Of a DNA stretch of 64,000 nucleotides, positions 61,935 to 64,000 are shown one piece after another (the first letter of the stretch is position 1; each line of letters opens with the position of its first letter). This stretch comes from Isurus oxyrinchus (taxonomy: Eukaryota). Below the pieces are notes generated by a model that saw nothing but the letters and a program-made list of their open reading frames with translations, was not told where the DNA came from and made no database searches. Location: NCBI GenBank assembly GCA_026770705.1, contig JANJGN010002606.1, forward strand, positions 1 to 64,000, given 5' to 3'. The translations under genes were made by a program, and so were the position numbers.

Positions 61935-62005
61935 AGTTTTGGCCGGGATTGAACTGGGGACTCTCTCATGTAAAGTCAACGTGATAATCACTGCACTGGG
62001 GAAAT
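61935..62005 (-). pseudogene. tRNA-Val(TAC-like) pseudogene
   Basis: Minus strand ATTTCCCCAGTGCAGTGATTATCACGTTGACTTTACATGAGAGAGTCCCCAGTTCAATCCCGGCCAAAACT is colinear with vertebrate tRNA-Val; stems are broken. Confidence 0.75.
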
Positions 62006-62104
62006 GAGTGAGAATCCCCCCCGGACAGAGGGGAACTGACCATCCATCTCTAGCTCTAATTCCCAAACAGAAAATGCTGCCAAGAATCAGCAAGTCAGGT
62101 TGAG

Positions 62105-62345
62105 TCTCAGTGGCCGCTCTCAGCGTCTGAAACCGTTACAATTGATGGTTGCTCCGGACCAATAGGAAAAGGGGGCAGGACTGGGGGACATGCGCACGCG
62201 AGAGGCTGGCCCTGCAACCAATGAGGAGGTGGGGCTGACTGAAGCATGTGCATTGTGGATAATGGGGCTCCACAATGGGTAAAGAGGGGGGATGGCGGGG
62301 CGGAGGGACCGATGGACGAAGACACGTTGTGTAAACCCGCAGCTG
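62105..62345. promoter_or_regulatory. Second CCAAT/NRF1/GC-box promoter cassette, inverted homolog of 57860-57970
   Basis: attgatggttgctccggaccaataggaaaagggggcaggact vs the reverse complement attgacggcaactcgggaccaataggaagacggggctggact. Confidence 0.6.
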
Positions 62346-62371
62346 TGTTCAACTCGGGCTAAAGGCCCCAA

Positions 62372-62690
62372 TGTTTTTTATTCATTCCTGGGATGTGGGT
62401 GTCCGTGGCTGCAGCCAGCAGTTACTGGCCATTCCTAAGTGCCCTTGTTCAGAGGGCAGTTCAGGATCATCACATTACTGTGGGGTCTGGGGTCACAGAT
62501 AGGCCAGACCAGGTAAGGATTTTTATAACTATCAACAATGGTTTCATGGTCATCTTTAGCCTTTTAATTCTGGATTTTTATTGAATTCAAATTTCACCAT
62601 CTGCTGTGGTGGGGATTGATCCCAGAGGCCACAGCATTACTCTGGGTCTCTTGAATATGAGTACGTCACAATGCCACTATGCCACCACAA
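62372..62690 (-). mobile_element. tRNA-derived SINE, internally deleted
   Basis: Same family as 23428-23720. Confidence 0.7.
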
Positions 62691-63229
62691 TGGGCACATG
62701 TAGGGGGCAATGTTTTAATGACTGGGAGGAGCTTGTTACCCATTGTTCAAAATGATGACAACTTGTCCATCAAGCTGTATTAACCTTTGAGCTGATCAAT
62801 AATGTCTTATTGATGAGGCAAAGCAGCAGCAGAGAAGGCAAGAAAAGGAAGAAAATCCTGCTCTCCTGATCTCACTACCTCATAGACGACCTGCCCCATG
62901 TGTCCAAAGATCTGTGTGTCTGTTCAGTCACATGAAGACCAATGGCAAAAACTCACAACCCTGAGTAGACATCACCCTCTAATCGAGGGACTGCTGACGA
63001 CAATGAGGGACAATGTGCAGAGGACGCATGTGAGGTCAATCTGGACCAGGAAGGAGGAGGAGAGAATGTTGTGAATTTCTATCCTGGGATGGATTTTGGA
63101 AACTCCTTTTACAGGGGGTTAGAAGGGGAGGATTTATGCACAGCAAACTCAAAGCAAGAAAATATTTGTCTCCTCTGAATTTCCATCCTGGACTGATAGT
63201 GATTGTTTCTATAAACTCATGGGGTACTG

Positions 63230-63800
63230 GAAGCAGAGATCTTTTTTAAGGAGTATCTTAAAGGAGGAAAGGAAGATAGAGAGGCAGACAGGATTAGTAA
63301 TGAAATCTCAGATTTTATGGCCTTGGCAGCTACAGGTACCAAATGTGGAGCAAATGAAATCAGGAATTGTCAGGAAGTCAGAAGTGGAGGAGTGCAGATA
63401 TCTCAGAGGTAACAAAGGAATGGATGATGGTTTCAGCAGCAAATGGGCTGAGACTTGGGTGGAGTCTGGTGATGTTACTAGTCTTCATGATGATGCAGGT
63501 ATGTGGTTGGAGCTTGTCTTGGGGTCAAATATGACACCAATGTTTTGAAGGATCTCCTTCAGCCTCAGGCAGTTGACAGAGAGGGGGCTGGAGTCAGTGC
63601 CTAGGGAATGAAGTTTGTAGTGGGGACTGAGGACAATGTCTTCAGCCTTCTCAATATTTAAATGGAGGAAAATTCTCCTCATCCACTGCTGGGTGTTGGG
63701 CAGGTCAGGATGGTGTGTGACTTGGAGGGGAACCTGGAGGTGATGGTGTTCACATACACCCGCTACCCTGGTCCTTCTAGGTGGTGGAGATTGAGGATTC
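63230..63800 (-). mobile_element. L2 LINE fragment plus LINE 3' fragment
   Basis: QQWMRRIFLHLNIEKAEDIV...QNIGVIFDP is an L2-type motif. Confidence 0.7.
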
Positions 63801-64000
63801 ATGAGATTCTGTTAAAGTTCTGGTCGATTTGCACAAAATTAAATAATATTCCTCTCCTCTGATTCTGCTCCCAGCTTCTTTCACTCTTCTCCCCCCATAT
63901 TCCAGAGTCTTGTGTAGGACGAGACTGGGTGGCATGTTTCCTGAAGCATATTAGTGAACCAGCTGGGGTTTTACGACAATCCAGCAGTTTTCATGGTCAT

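Overview
Vertebrate genomic DNA, almost certainly from a cartilaginous fish (shark), judging by the gene and repeat content. The centrepiece is a complete, unrearranged IgM heavy-chain minilocus on the + strand (29.6-48.3 kb): leader, VH, D1, D2, JH, Cmu1-4 with secretory tail, TM1 and TM2. All splice phases are consistent, and the RSS order is V23-12D1(22)-12D2(12)-23J. Upstream lie an intact two-exon GPR139/142-like class A GPCR (8928-11378) and a 4-kb 54-bp (2x27) satellite with a higher-order period. Downstream are three decayed tRNA genes, a C2H2 zinc-finger pseudogene and two inverted copies of a CCAAT/NRF1 promoter cassette. The rest is mostly LINE (CR1, L2, RTE), SINE and Penelope debris. 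Two observations stand out. (1) A ~1.8-kb G-rich 24-bp tandem array, with an RGYW AID hotspot in nearly every unit, sits on the non-template strand of the JH-Cmu intron and is preceded by an AGCT cluster; it looks like a switch region in a lineage thought to lack S regions. (2) At least seven dispersed Penelope-derived elements carry a minimal type I hammerhead ribozyme motif, with alternative helix I sequences and, in several short copies, apparent target-site duplications. Repeat boundaries were read by eye and are approximate.
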